Below, one piece after another: positions 33,201 to 42,400 of a DNA stretch of 54,871 nucleotides. Both the position numbers and the translations under genes were made by a program. The stretch spans positions 137,422 through 192,292 of the forward strand of contig NW_004797825.1 of NCBI RefSeq assembly GCF_000002075.1, read 5' to 3'. How positions within the stretch are numbered: position 1 is the first letter of the stretch; each line of letters opens with the position of its first letter. Source of the stretch: Aplysia californica (taxonomy: Eukaryota). The notes under the pieces are model-generated. The model was not told the DNA's origin, did not search any database, and worked only from the letters and a program-made list of their open reading frames with translations.

Positions 33201-34663
33201 TTTTCTGTATAACAAGAAGTGACAAATGGCAAATGTCATGAAGGGGTTAAATAGATCAGTTGTCCTCATTTATCTTGCTCAATTCATGTAGCCAATTTTA
33301 TTTTCAAAGATGTCAGAGGGGGCTGTCGCGGCCTAGAGGTTACGGTGTTCGCCTTTCATTCAAAGGTCCTGCTTTCGAATCCGGGTAGCGATGGAAATGT
33401 TTTTCTCTCTAAAATTGTCTCCTTTCACTTCCTTTTTTGCTCTCTAGCAATGTTCTGTCATCTGCTTCCGTCTTCACTTTCTTCCCCCACCCTCCTTTTC
33501 CCCCTTCTCTGGGCTTCTGACTCTTTCTGCAGCCTCTCAACTTCAACTGCTACTCCTTGGCTTCTTCTAACTGCTGTCTTTCAGCCATGCCCCTGATCTT
33601 CTGGTAGGAAAGATCTACACCTAGCTTTCTATCTGGAGGTCCCATGAGCAAGTTGCTCATGTTAAAGATCCCTTGCTGGTCTAAAATCGATAAGAGTAGG
33701 CCTCGGCCACCACCTGCGCAAAATTAAAAATTTCCTACCAACTGAAAATGTTTGGTGTGTTCTGCGCGCTCATATGACCTTATGCAGTTGTGAGCGCCGT
33801 AAAACACTTACCAAAAAAAAAATGTCAGAGTGGTGGTCATTCTGCTGGTACAGAACGTAAAAAATGCAAATGCTGTGAACTTGATGAAATATTTTTTAAA
33901 GAACATTGTTGATACGATGTGTCCTGATGGTTGGAGGTTCTGAGCCCTCTGCTATTTCACTTTCTCGTCTCTCTTTTTCCCAGCATTGAATGATATACTT
34001 AACATGTCAATGTACCTCTCTTATCCTCCATTGACTCAGATTTTGGTAATTTTTCTCTTTATAGAAGTTTTACGTCCCCATAAACATCGACACTTTTAGA
34101 TCATTTAGGAGGCAGGCTGTTCCTGCTTGCCAGGACCTACTCAGGCTAAGAGGGATACAATGTCCCAGAAGGAAGACAGAGATACTTGATAGAAATGATC
34201 CCCACATTAAAATCGAACCCTTGTTTTTTGCATGTAGTGGCAAAGTACAAAACCACAACACCACTGATGCCGATATGACTCAAAGACTCCCCTAATAATA
34301 AATGAATGAAATGAAATTTGTAATCAGATACTTTAGTTCTTCAGTGCTAGAACATTTTAAAATGACAAGAAGTCTGGATTTTTTTTTTTAGGGGAAAAAA
34401 AAAGCAAAGTTTTCTGACATGGTTAAAACTTTTAGACCCAGGAGTGTCTACAAGTAAGTATGAATTCAAACAAACATACTATCAAACAAACAATTGGGCG
34501 TGCCTCTTTGATTCAGTATTCCTACCACTACAACATTCTGCTGATGTTCTTTTCTCAAACAGGGGTGAAGATCAGCTCAGATTTGGATACTGATACTGAG
34601 GTGGATGCTGGCATTTTCGGAAGCAGCAAGAGGCCTGAAGATGACTTTGACTTTTATGACTGA
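13313..34663 (+). CDS. KIZ: Centrosomal protein kizuna (PLK1 substrate), 16 coding exons, about 715 aa
   Basis: Exons 13313-13377, 18560-18622, 19560-19722, 20322-20447, 21887-22124, 22613-22861, 24418-24583, 25269-25409, 26056-26220, 26683-26830, 27364-27499, 27998-28099, 28898-29027, 31420-31530, 32699-32742 and 34563-34663 join in frame (2148 nt including TGA). The N-terminal coiled coil ([49 protein letters not shown]), [12 protein letters not shown] and the C-terminus ([15 protein letters not shown]) match recalled kizuna motifs (DYYERLGQLQ, EKKRLDLEKK, ICESEKKAHTRNQEYLKRFERVQAH, DDFYD*). Confidence 0.9.
14368..14447 (-). mobile_element. tRNA-derived SINE head or tRNA-like pseudogene
   Basis: Minus strand has A box TGGCCGAATGG and B box GGTTCGATCCC; no proper acceptor stem. 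Confidence 0.6.
14799..16437. mobile_element. hAT-like non-autonomous element with a 6-bp TSD
   Basis: Perfect 11-bp TIR CAGGGTTCCTG/CAGGAACCCTG, subterminal (c)tccttgaa arrays at both ends, flanks cgtaca/cataca. Confidence 0.8.
14937..16258. mobile_element. Nested related element inside 14799-16437
   Basis: Inverted GGTGACTGCCA/TGGCAGTCACC(CTG) with its own subterminal cc(t/c)ggaaa repeats. Confidence 0.65.
16617..16767. repeat. Three direct copies of tata(c/g)ggcctgcg.(a/g)cttcccg ending GGG|TTAA: orphan piggyBac-like terminus
   Basis: Copies at about 16619, 16661 and 16737; no partner end found. Confidence 0.55.
18560..18622 (+). CDS. KIZ: KIZ exon 2 ([21 protein letters not shown])
   Basis: Poly-T cag acceptor, gtaag donor. 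Confidence 0.88.
18985..19115. other. Assembly gap
   Basis: N run. Confidence 1.
19560..19722 (+). CDS. KIZ: KIZ exon 3 ([39 protein letters not shown]...)
   Basis: Within ORF 19534..19782; conserved coiled coil. Confidence 0.92.
19914..20084. mobile_element. piggyBac-like MITE
   Basis: TTAA|CCCTTTGAACCCTAA ... TTAGGATTCAAAGGG|TTAA. Confidence 0.85.
20322..20447 (+). CDS. KIZ: KIZ exon 4 ([20 protein letters not shown]...)
   Basis: cag acceptor, gtcat donor, phase 0 to 0. Confidence 0.85.
20735..20950 (+). mobile_element. SINE-like repeat (3' part), inverted copy at 29145-29345
   Basis: About 200 bp reverse-complement homology (cttgtgacc.gctatttccggggtgccttgatagtcgaag...); 3' tail shared with the SINE at 33320. 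Confidence 0.75.
21260..21291. repeat. (TA)n microsatellite
   Basis: Seen directly. Confidence 0.95.
21383..21588 (+). pseudogene. Tc1/mariner transposase C-terminal relic
   Basis: [16 protein letters not shown]...[30 protein letters not shown] matches the Tc1 pattern PIEHLW...EW..IP..I..LI.SM..RC; lies next to a (TA)n run at 21260-21291. Confidence 0.85.
21887..22124 (+). CDS. KIZ: KIZ exon 5 (Q/P/S-rich low complexity)
   Basis: Open 238-nt exon, cag acceptor, gtaag donor. Confidence 0.82.
22613..22861 (+). CDS. KIZ: KIZ exon 6
   Basis: Within ORF 22522..22935; cag acceptor, gtatg donor. Confidence 0.82.
23689..24024. mobile_element. Degenerate piggyBac-like MITE
   Basis: tcaaCCCTTTCATG ... 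CATGAAGGGAttaa ends. Confidence 0.5.
24418..24583 (+). CDS. KIZ: KIZ exon 7 (acidic: [19 protein letters not shown]...)
   Basis: Phase-compatible open exon with gtaag donor; the aag acceptor is weak, so the 5' boundary is less certain. Confidence 0.72.
24988..25264. other. Assembly gap
   Basis: N run. Confidence 1.
25269..25409 (+). CDS. KIZ: KIZ exon 8 ([35 protein letters not shown]...)
   Basis: tcag acceptor immediately after the gap, gtac donor. Confidence 0.85.
25835..26014. mobile_element. Degenerate Tigger/pogo-like MITE related to 35898-36715
   Basis: tacagttgac...tggccac...caggtggcc...caggttcaactcta. Confidence 0.55.
26056..26220 (+). CDS. KIZ: KIZ exon 9 ([41 protein letters not shown]...)
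   Basis: cag acceptor, gtagt donor. Confidence 0.88.
26683..26830 (+). CDS. KIZ: KIZ exon 10 ([41 protein letters not shown]...)
   Basis: Within ORF 26612..26860. Confidence 0.88.
27125..27295 (+). repeat. Dispersed repeat, copy 1 of 3 (also 29870-30050 and 45720-45880)
   Basis: Shared aagtgccaaagattaga...gatagat.t.tgat.gga..aaggagcaa..cac.ccagag. Confidence 0.7.
27364..27499 (+). CDS. KIZ: KIZ exon 11
   Basis: cag acceptor, gtaac donor. Confidence 0.85.
27998..28099 (+). CDS. KIZ: KIZ exon 12 ([19 protein letters not shown]...)
   Basis: cag acceptor, gtaac donor. Confidence 0.85.
28320..28650 (-). mobile_element. RTE-clade LINE 3' ORF fragment
   Basis: Minus strand reads [44 protein letters not shown]...[11 protein letters not shown], the typical RTE C-terminus. 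Confidence 0.88.
28722..28890. repeat. About 90-bp degenerate tandem duplication just upstream of KIZ exon 13
   Basis: gaatctag.tctttaa.t...tgtatgt.ttgtaataacagct at about 28722 and 28812. Confidence 0.75.
28898..29027 (+). CDS. KIZ: KIZ exon 13 ([12 protein letters not shown]...[12 protein letters not shown]...)
   Basis: tag acceptor, GG|gtgtgt donor. Confidence 0.85.
29145..29345 (-). mobile_element. SINE-like repeat, inverted copy of 20735-20950
   Basis: Direct reverse-complement comparison. Confidence 0.75.
29870..30050 (+). repeat. Dispersed repeat, copy 2 of 3
   Basis: Homologous to 27125-27295 and 45720-45880. Confidence 0.7.
30240..31282. mobile_element. Non-autonomous element with palindromic ends, Crypton-like (tentative)
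   Basis: Left: two tat.tcacacgtgaaatata palindromes. Right: nested inverted repeats aatttattaca/tgtaataaatt and ggtggcagaccatgatt/aatcatgatctaccacc. Confidence 0.45.
31420..31530 (+). CDS. KIZ: KIZ exon 14 ([20 protein letters not shown]...)
   Basis: cag acceptor, gtgat donor, phase 2 to 2. Confidence 0.8.
31600..32290. repeat. Degenerate pyrimidine-rich minisatellite, about 70-bp unit
   Basis: Recurring ttgtta(c/a)ttt..ttctcc...tacctg...ttct(c/t)atg. Confidence 0.6.
32290..32528. mobile_element. Degenerate Tigger/pogo-like MITE
   Basis: Right end aggtggctgtaagagcaggttcaaatgt resembles the ends of 25835-26014 and 35898-36715. Confidence 0.45.
32699..32742 (+). CDS. KIZ: KIZ exon 15 ([14 protein letters not shown])
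   Basis: cag acceptor, gtaag donor, phase 2 to 1. Confidence 0.78.
32883..33246. mobile_element. Degenerate piggyBac-like MITE
   Basis: TTAA|CTCCTTTGAC ... GTCATGAAGGGG|TTAA. Confidence 0.5.
33320..33821 (+). mobile_element. Full-length tRNA-derived SINE with Meta/MESC-like core and TSD
   Basis: A box GGCCTAGAGG, B box TTTCGAATCC, core gaggtcccatg...catgttaaagatccc, A-rich tail, TSD atgtcagag on both sides. Confidence 0.85.
34563..34663 (+). CDS. KIZ: KIZ last coding exon ([32 protein letters not shown])
   Basis: Conserved DDF.FYD C-terminus, TGA at 34661-34663. Confidence 0.9.
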
Positions 34664-34864
34664 TTCATTAAATTGTATTGACAAGTAGAACAGTTGATTG
34701 AGACCAAGGTTCTCCGACATGCTTAAAACATTCCATTACAACTTTCAAGTCTTTTCTTTTGTTCCCTATTAAAAAATCCGTCCACATAGTTTTAGCTTTG
34801 CAGATGTTCAACATCTCTAATGTATGCTTATGTGAATTTTGATTTGGAAAAAGCTGTTTGAATT

Positions 34865-34870
34865 AATAAA
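34865..34870 (+). terminator. Probable KIZ polyadenylation signal AATAAA
   Basis: AATAAA about 200 nt after the stop, followed by GT/T-rich sequence; further AATAAA at about 35001 and 35091. Confidence 0.5.
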
Positions 34871-35897
34871 AGGTTTTGTAAAAATATTTTTGTGTTCATA
34901 TCTATTTGTTAAGTCAATGTGTGGTTCAGTATTATAATTTTGTGCTTATTTAGATAAATAAGAAACTGTGCAGCATGATATTTTATTAGAATGGCTTTGG
35001 AATAAAATTTGAGGATTTAAATACTTAGCCTACAAAGTTTGTGTCATCCTTGAAGGCATGTTTCAGAAGTTTAATATCATGTGGAGGTCCAATAAAGAGT
35101 AATGATTTCAAGTTCTTGAATGTCCAAGACAACATATGTCAAAAGTTGGTAGCTTATTTATTAAACATTTTTGTTGATATGAAGATGAACTTTCTGAGCA
35201 ATTCATTTCCACAGCGCCATGAAGTTGTTACTTAATGTAGATAGTTTTTACATTTTTGTGGAAATCAGACAACGAAGGATCCTGACTTCATGTTCACAAA
35301 ATGAGTCCATGGTCACAAGACTATTTACAATTTTGTTCCCATTCTTTTACTAGCAAAAGAAATTGAATGCACTTCGAGTTTCAATACTTTTATTCACCCT
35401 CTAAGTGAGCACAAGCTGAGACAATATCATCACAAGGCAAACTGTAGCACAGATAAAACTTTCATAAATTCTGCTGGGACAAACATTTAATTTTCTGATG
35501 CAAGACTGAAGATTGTCCACTCAACGCCAAGGCTTTGACTTAATTCAAGTTCCAATGAGGTTAAAAATTACAACAAGAAATACATCAACCAACAATGAGT
35601 ATTTATCTCATACTCATACAGTGAAAAGACATTGGTGATTTAGTTTTAGATATTTCTTTAACATTGGGCATACAAGTTAATCACAAAGGAACATATAAAA
35701 TACATATTCATTGCATTCAACAGAAAAGATAATAATTATCAGAAATTTTTAAAAAGTAATAAATTGTGAAGAACTGGTAAGTACAAAGTATTACCAACAA
35801 GTCTGCCAATAAATGATTCAAACTGTAAACATTCGCTATGATTTAATCAATACTGACCATATAAGCATTATTTCTGTCCATATAAATATCATGTATA

Positions 35898-36715
35898 CAG
35901 TCGAACCTGCCCTGACGGCCACCTCTATAAGACGGCCACCTGTACAAACGGTCACTTTCCATTTCCCCCCTTGCGTTTTCTCTATATAATTTAACTGTGT
36001 AAAACGGCCACCTGTCCAACGCAGCCGCGGCCACCATAATTTAACACACAACACCTATCATACTAAGCAAAAACACCTGTCTTAGACGGCCACCTTAGAG
36101 ACTCCATTGCGTTTTGTCATAAATTGTGCACTGGCCCCTGGCGTTGTGGGCGAGCTGTCATAATTCAATCACCTGTCTTTGGTGTTAGGTAGTCCCTCCA
36201 ACCGATCATGTTGCGTAGACCCCTCCCACTGTTGACCAATAGCTACCAATTTTCAGCTGCTGGTGAGGTTAGCGAGTGATCCCTCATAACCCATAAGCCC
36301 CGCCCAGAACTCATACACACATCGTAAGTGAGATGAGTGGTCACTGTTTATCCAGTCTGTAACAAAGTAACAAAGGGCGTCAACATGAACTTGTGACAGA
36401 AGCGTCGCTCGTTCTGCGAGTGGTGGCGACCCGTGTGTTTGTTTTAACATGGCACTCCATTTCTGATACATTTCGTTTTATTGTCACCCTTGTGCAAAAT
36501 CAACAACAAAATAAAAATTACAAACGAAATACAAACCAACAACAACAACAACAAAAACAACAAAAATAACAACAATGGGGCTACTTTCGATTGGGACCTC
36601 AGATGGGAATGATTTGTTTTCTTCATCTTGATCAGTCCTGCCTAAGACGGCCACCTGTCTTATACGGCCATTTTCCTCCATGACAATGGGTGGCCGTCTT
36701 ACACAGGTTTGACTG
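35898..36715. mobile_element. Tigger/pogo-like non-autonomous DNA transposon, both ends intact
   Basis: TA|CAGTCGAACCTG ... CAGGTTTGACTG|TA with acggccacct subterminal repeats. Confidence 0.88.
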
Positions 36716-37691
36716 TATTTTAAATGCAAATTTCGGCTTAAAATTTTATCTTTGAAAACACTTTGATTAAACTGATGACACATGTTGGGTGAGGTCCTCA
36801 GCTGCTTTACGAAACCTTCAACACTTCACACTAGCATTTTAATCTGTTCAAGCTTGAGAGCATTTAAGTTTTTCAGTATATTTATTTTAATGAAATAATA
36901 ACGCACCTATCTGTTCAAAAGGTAGGTCAACCGTTACATTGCATTATGAACACTTGTTCTACCTTACCAAGATATAATCCATTTGACAGAAGGAACTACA
37001 TTATACTAGAAAATAATAATTCAAACACATATGGATGCATACTCACAAATTGTCAACATCAATCCAAAAGCGCCAAGTCATTTTTTTTACGTTTTGAGAA
37101 AATCAAAGAGAATGCCAAATCAGTTCCATTACTTGGGCAAATTATTTTTTCAATTAAGAGTAGGAGGGAAATAATGATACAGAATAAAACTACATTTTAA
37201 GATGCTCCTTGTTGTCATTATTTGAATAATGGGTTGATCTGGAAACCCGAAAAAATTGATTTACGTCATTGTGGCATGATGCTGATAATATACCTATAAG
37301 ATGATACTCCACATGAACTGGATTTGTGAGACTCACTCAAACATTATCAAACAGTGGCAAGAATTCGGTACATATATTGGCAATGGAAGAGACACAACCT
37401 ACCACAACAGAGCTATGAGCACCAATCATTTCTGTGCACTCACTGCAACTGATGTTTTCTGGTCCACAGTAGCTGAATTAGCCAGATACACCATCGTTTC
37501 AGACAAAAAATTGAAGACCAAAACAACAAAAACACAATTGTCTGTTGTTATGGAACAGTGTCTTTAAAGTGAGGGGAAACTCTTTCCTTGAGTATTGTTC
37601 TAGTTCATTAAAAAAATGAGCTCAATTATGTAAATGTGCCAAAACTCTAAATGTTATTCATGTAAAAATTAGGAATTAGGGTTATGGCATC

Positions 37692-38320
37692 AGTAGGCTA
37701 GTGATTAGGCACTGAACTCGCAACTGTAAAGGGCCTATTACACGTACAGGCCGACCGGACAGGTTTCTGGGCCATACGGCCAATCGTAACATGTAATAAG
37801 AAATGCAGCTCAAACCGTAGGTGAACATCCGGCGAATGGCCGGCCGGCCGGATGAAAAACCCCCACAGCCGCTGCCTGTGAATTTGACGTCCGGCCATCC
37901 AGCCTTCGAAGTTTGCTGCGCTGGGGACAACTGAAGTAAAATCATGTCGTAGATAAAAAATAATACCTGATTCAGAATCAGGGTATCAAAATTAGGGTAA
38001 TGGCTGCAGAGTGACTCGTTTCATTTTGTATTTAAGGATTTTCCATTCCAGCACATTTTTATGTTTTGTGCGTCATGGGGCACACACGTGTGTGAAGTTT
38101 CACCCAGACTAGGCCTAGTGTGTAGAATACGTTGCTCGCAAGGTGCGGCCGCCTTCAGGTCGATTGTGGTGTGTAACAAAAAACCAAGTTTCCTCGATTT
38201 CGTCTGGCCGTACGGCCTGCCTACGGTCAAAAACCTGTCCGGTTGGCCTGTACATGTAATAGGCTCTTAAGGTTGTGGGTCAAAATCCTGGTCAGGGCAA
38301 CATTTTGTGTCCTTGGGCAT
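37692..38320 (+). mobile_element. Truncated tRNA/CORE SINE split by the Harbinger-like MITE
   Basis: Removing the MITE gives agtaggctagtg...gtaaggttgtgggtcaaaatcc...tgtgtccttgggca (A box, B box, start of CORE). Confidence 0.6.
37730..38267. mobile_element. PIF/Harbinger-like MITE with about 40-bp TIRs and TAA TSD
   Basis: TAA|AGGGCCTATTACACGTACAGGCCGACCGGACAGGTTT ... AAACCTGTCCGGTTGGCCTGTACATGTAATAGGCTCT|TAA. Confidence 0.85.
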
Positions 38321-39327
38321 TATCATTATTAAAACAAAAACTATAATCATTATTGTTGTTGTTGCTGATAGTGATCCAGAAGCTTACGGGGCATCTGCTT
38401 TTGACCCAAGGTTTTGTCAGTTTACACTGATAATTCAATTACATTTGGCAACTCTTCTGCTTAAAGTGTACTTTAGTAACAGGATTTTTGCTGAACTTCA
38501 GCCAACCACTGGGTCATGTGTATTTTGTCCCCTTTAAACTTTGGAAAGCAAACACGGATATTTTCAAGGTCCATGGAAACTTAGGTCCACTGACAACCAA
38601 CAGATTTTTAAATGAAAACTCTTGCAAAAGTTTTGAAAATAATACTTCTGTGACCATTAGATGGAACATATTCACTACCCATGTTGAATTTTGAATGTGA
38701 CCATATACACATGTGTATGTGTGTGTGAGAACATCAGACAAAAAGTGCAAGTGCAAATGGTGGTGCATGTAGCTTTGAAAATGTACATGTTTGCTCTTTT
38801 AGCATGAATTGTTTATGCTTTGTATATATGTGTCCATTTGGATGTGTGCATGTATGTCTAGATGAGGGATTTCTTGGTTTTATACAACTGTAAGGTGAAA
38901 TTTGAAAAGGGCCGATATTATCATTATTGCTGTAAGTATTATTATCCTTACCATTGTTCTTTTGCACTGAAGCAAAAGAAACAGCTGTCAGAAACAAAAT
39001 GTTTGAGTGTAAATGTGAAGAACATCAGCAATTAAGGGATGAATGCATGCAGCCAATGGCAATGCTATTAAGAAGTGGATTTAAGTGCTGGTTTGACAAG
39101 CAGGAAAGGAGTTTGTGAATATTTTAAACAATGTAATGAGTATTTTGGGAATTTTTTTCCTTCCTATCTTAGATTGGAAGGAAGGGGTGGGGAGAAGGGG
39201 TTAAGAAAGCTTTTTTCACAACATGGGGAGAGACTTGAATGTCCATCAAGGGCAAAAAAATCTGCTTATTTACAAGGCTTTTTTGTGTATGTTATAATCT
39301 TAGGAAAAAAAACAATGATACGTTCAA

Positions 39328-39464
39328 TCACGTAACTTCTTCTAGAGTCAGTTTTCTGTTTTTTCTGTAGCTGTCAATGTTCTCCAAATCTGAGGGCCCC
39401 TCATCGTCATCATCAATCTCACCCTGGAACATGTGCTGTAGTAGCACTTCAACCTTTTTGCGAC
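39328..39464 (-). CDS. TPCN3: TPC3 last coding exon (RKKVEVLLQHMFQGEIDDDDEG...LTLEEVT*)
   Basis: Within ORF 39328..39540; TGA at 39330-39328. Confidence 0.9.
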
Positions 39465-42400
39465 CTGGAGGAGAAATAGAAAAAAAAGCAGCCTTTATTT
39501 TAACAGAGTCTTTGTTGTAGATGCAGATCCCCGTACCCACCTAATTGTTCCATCATTCTCTGTGCCTAGAGAAAATTTCTCTCTTCATAAAAGTTTAAAA
39601 GGTGGAACAGTTTGCAAGTGTAATGGGTAAACTCCCTAGACCACAATACTGTTACCATTATTTTTCAACAACATTTCAATACAAATGAACAGTTTGGCTA
39701 CGCTAATGTTATATTAACATAATACAAAGAGAATCTTACAGATGGACTGTTAGAACAACAATGCTTTTGCTCCTCCTTGGATCCTTCCTAAAGCCCAATG
39801 AAAACCAGATTTCTTCTTTTTTTTTTCTACATTCCATGGCTAGCTTTCAGGGGTAGTCTATTGTAGGGATAACTTACACCCCAGCAAATTTTTATGAGTA
39901 AAGGCTCCTTGCCTTTAAGGCCACCTCGCACTTCTTTTAGGTTTTCTTTGTTGTTAAAACCAAGCAGAATTTATTTAGTTTTTAATTCAATTTTGTACAG
40001 CCAGGCTTGGTTTTATTTCAACTTCTACAAAAACCTGTCTTTATTATAAAAATACTTAGTGTGCATGTGTACGTAGGACTTCTGAGTGTTTTGTCTTTAT
40101 CAAAGAAAGACTTGGTGCTTTATCTTCTCTACCATGAGCATCAAGAACCAAGAGAAAAGTTTCCACTAGCACTGCCATGGAAGCCTAGGACCTTCCCTCT
40201 CAGATAATGAATCCCCGTAAGAAATTTCTTTGACTTTGAGGTGGAAAAAGTACAAAGAAAGTTTACTTTTTTTCTTCAGGTGAAACTTCAAGCCTTTCTC
40301 TTTGGATAGATCAGGAATGCTGTCTGTGTCACTGTCGTCTCCCTGGTCCTCTCCGTCACCTTCTCCGCCCCCTTCCACATCAGTCTCGGGCAAAACCTCC
40401 TCATCTACCAGCTCTATCTTATCACCTGATGGCCCTTGAATGGATGCCGAACGAGGTTTCCTGTGTATTCAAGAAAAGAAAAGTCAAGCAAGCATGTTGA
40501 CAAAAAAATGAAATGATAAGGTGTTGGAGGACGATGTTGATGGGTATTATTAATTGCAAAATAAATTTCTTGAGAATAACTTAAAAATTTTTTTTAACTT
40601 TTTCCCTTTTGTTTTGGAGGCTGCAGTTTTTTACCGCACTAACTATCATGGTGTTTCTCCGTTAGTGTCTTTTTTCAGACAAAACAAAGGAACTGTTGCC
40701 TTACTTCTAGTTGATTTTTATCACTAGTCATTAAATTACATTTAATTGGAAATTCTCAGAAAAATAAAACCAAAAAACTAAATGAGACAGCTACAGTTGC
40801 TTTTTTTTTTTGGCTGGAACATCCTAGTTAATAGTACAGTCCATGCCGGCTTTAAGTACGGTCATCGGGAGAAAGCTTAAGCGTGCTTAAAGCCGAAGCG
40901 TGCTTAAGTGCGAAGTAGACATAATCCAGAGATTTTCATGTAGAGAATTCCCAGTGCTATTTCCCTTTGTTTGTAAGTAGGCCTATAGCGGTCCCGCAAA
41001 AGTGTGCACTGTTATTTAGACACCCACCATGGTAGTTTTTGTTTGCTTGTTTGTTTTTGTTTTGTGGTCGCATGGGAAATGAAAACTTAATTTAGACGGC
41101 CAGTCACGATACAGCACACTAGGCCTACTGTAACACACTGCCTGTGCGTACTACTGCCCGCTGTGCCACTCATACCACCGCCTTCATCCCACCTCGCGCA
41201 TGATACACAATCAGGATTAATGGGTAGTGAGGGTCAAAGGTGAAATCACAGCCAGCCTCCCTTTCTCATCTCCCCGACTCTCTTTTTTTGGGGGGATCGT
41301 GTGTAGCTTTGCCCTAGGCCTAGGCTAGATCCTATGTCCGCGCGAACGGCTGTGTGTATATCTCTGCCTTCCTCTCCGCCTGTGCGGGTGTGTGTGTCCA
41401 TCACTTGCATTCTTCGTGTTTCTCTTGACACACTCCACTGTTGCAGTGTAAACTGTGTTCGAACTTCGATGGGTCATCATGAAAATATTGACTGTCTTGT
41501 AAATGAAGCGTGCTTGAAGCCGAAGTTACCGTGCTTATAGGCGTGTAATTTATATAGCAAAAATTCGGTAAGAGCCGTTTAGCGTGCTTGAGTCCGAAAC
41601 GTGCTTAAGGCCGGCATGCTTATAGCCGGCACGGGTTGTAATAGACCAACAGATAAGATAGTACAGATATGGACAATGTATAAGATAAATATACCGAGTG
41701 ATATTCAAAATTGCCTGTGCACATTTTTTTACCCAACGTTTTAACAATTCTCCTGCCAAACAGTGGCCCAAGTGAATTTTAAATACTTTAATATCTGGGG
41801 AGTTGCGAAGACCAATTAGAAGTAATCATTAGTATGATGAGAAGCAACACCTTTTACTTTTACCTAAAAAATTGAGAAACTAAAATAATAACGTTTTAAT
41901 CTATCCTTTCTCTTGTGTAGAAAAGGTTAAATGTTTTAAATGAGTGAGACAGTAGAGAGGTCAATTATGAAATAATAGAAATATTACAATAAGGAACAGC
42001 TGTGTAGATCTGTGCCACTTAAGGTCATGTGTTGTTGCACTGCCACTCACTATGGTATACAACGTAGTTGTGACCATTAACTGGAAGTATTTTATAAACA
42101 TAGCTAAGAAAAAAGAAATGACTTTACTCATTCAGCACAAATCTCTCAAAACGAAAGTGAACTAAAACTATATGACAAGTTTGACTTTTGGATCATTTGA
42201 CTGTAATCGGAGAGGCTTTGATGAGTTCTGCAGTCTTTTTTTTTCTTGTACCCCATCTGGAGCGCCAGGGGTAAGTGGCTGTAAGATCTTAATATCACAG
42301 TGCTGTAGTTTTAAAGTACATTGCTGTTTTATCTACATAGAATGTACTTGTTCCTTGCTTAACAGGCAGCTACATGCCATTTTGGAAGGCACTCTTAAAT

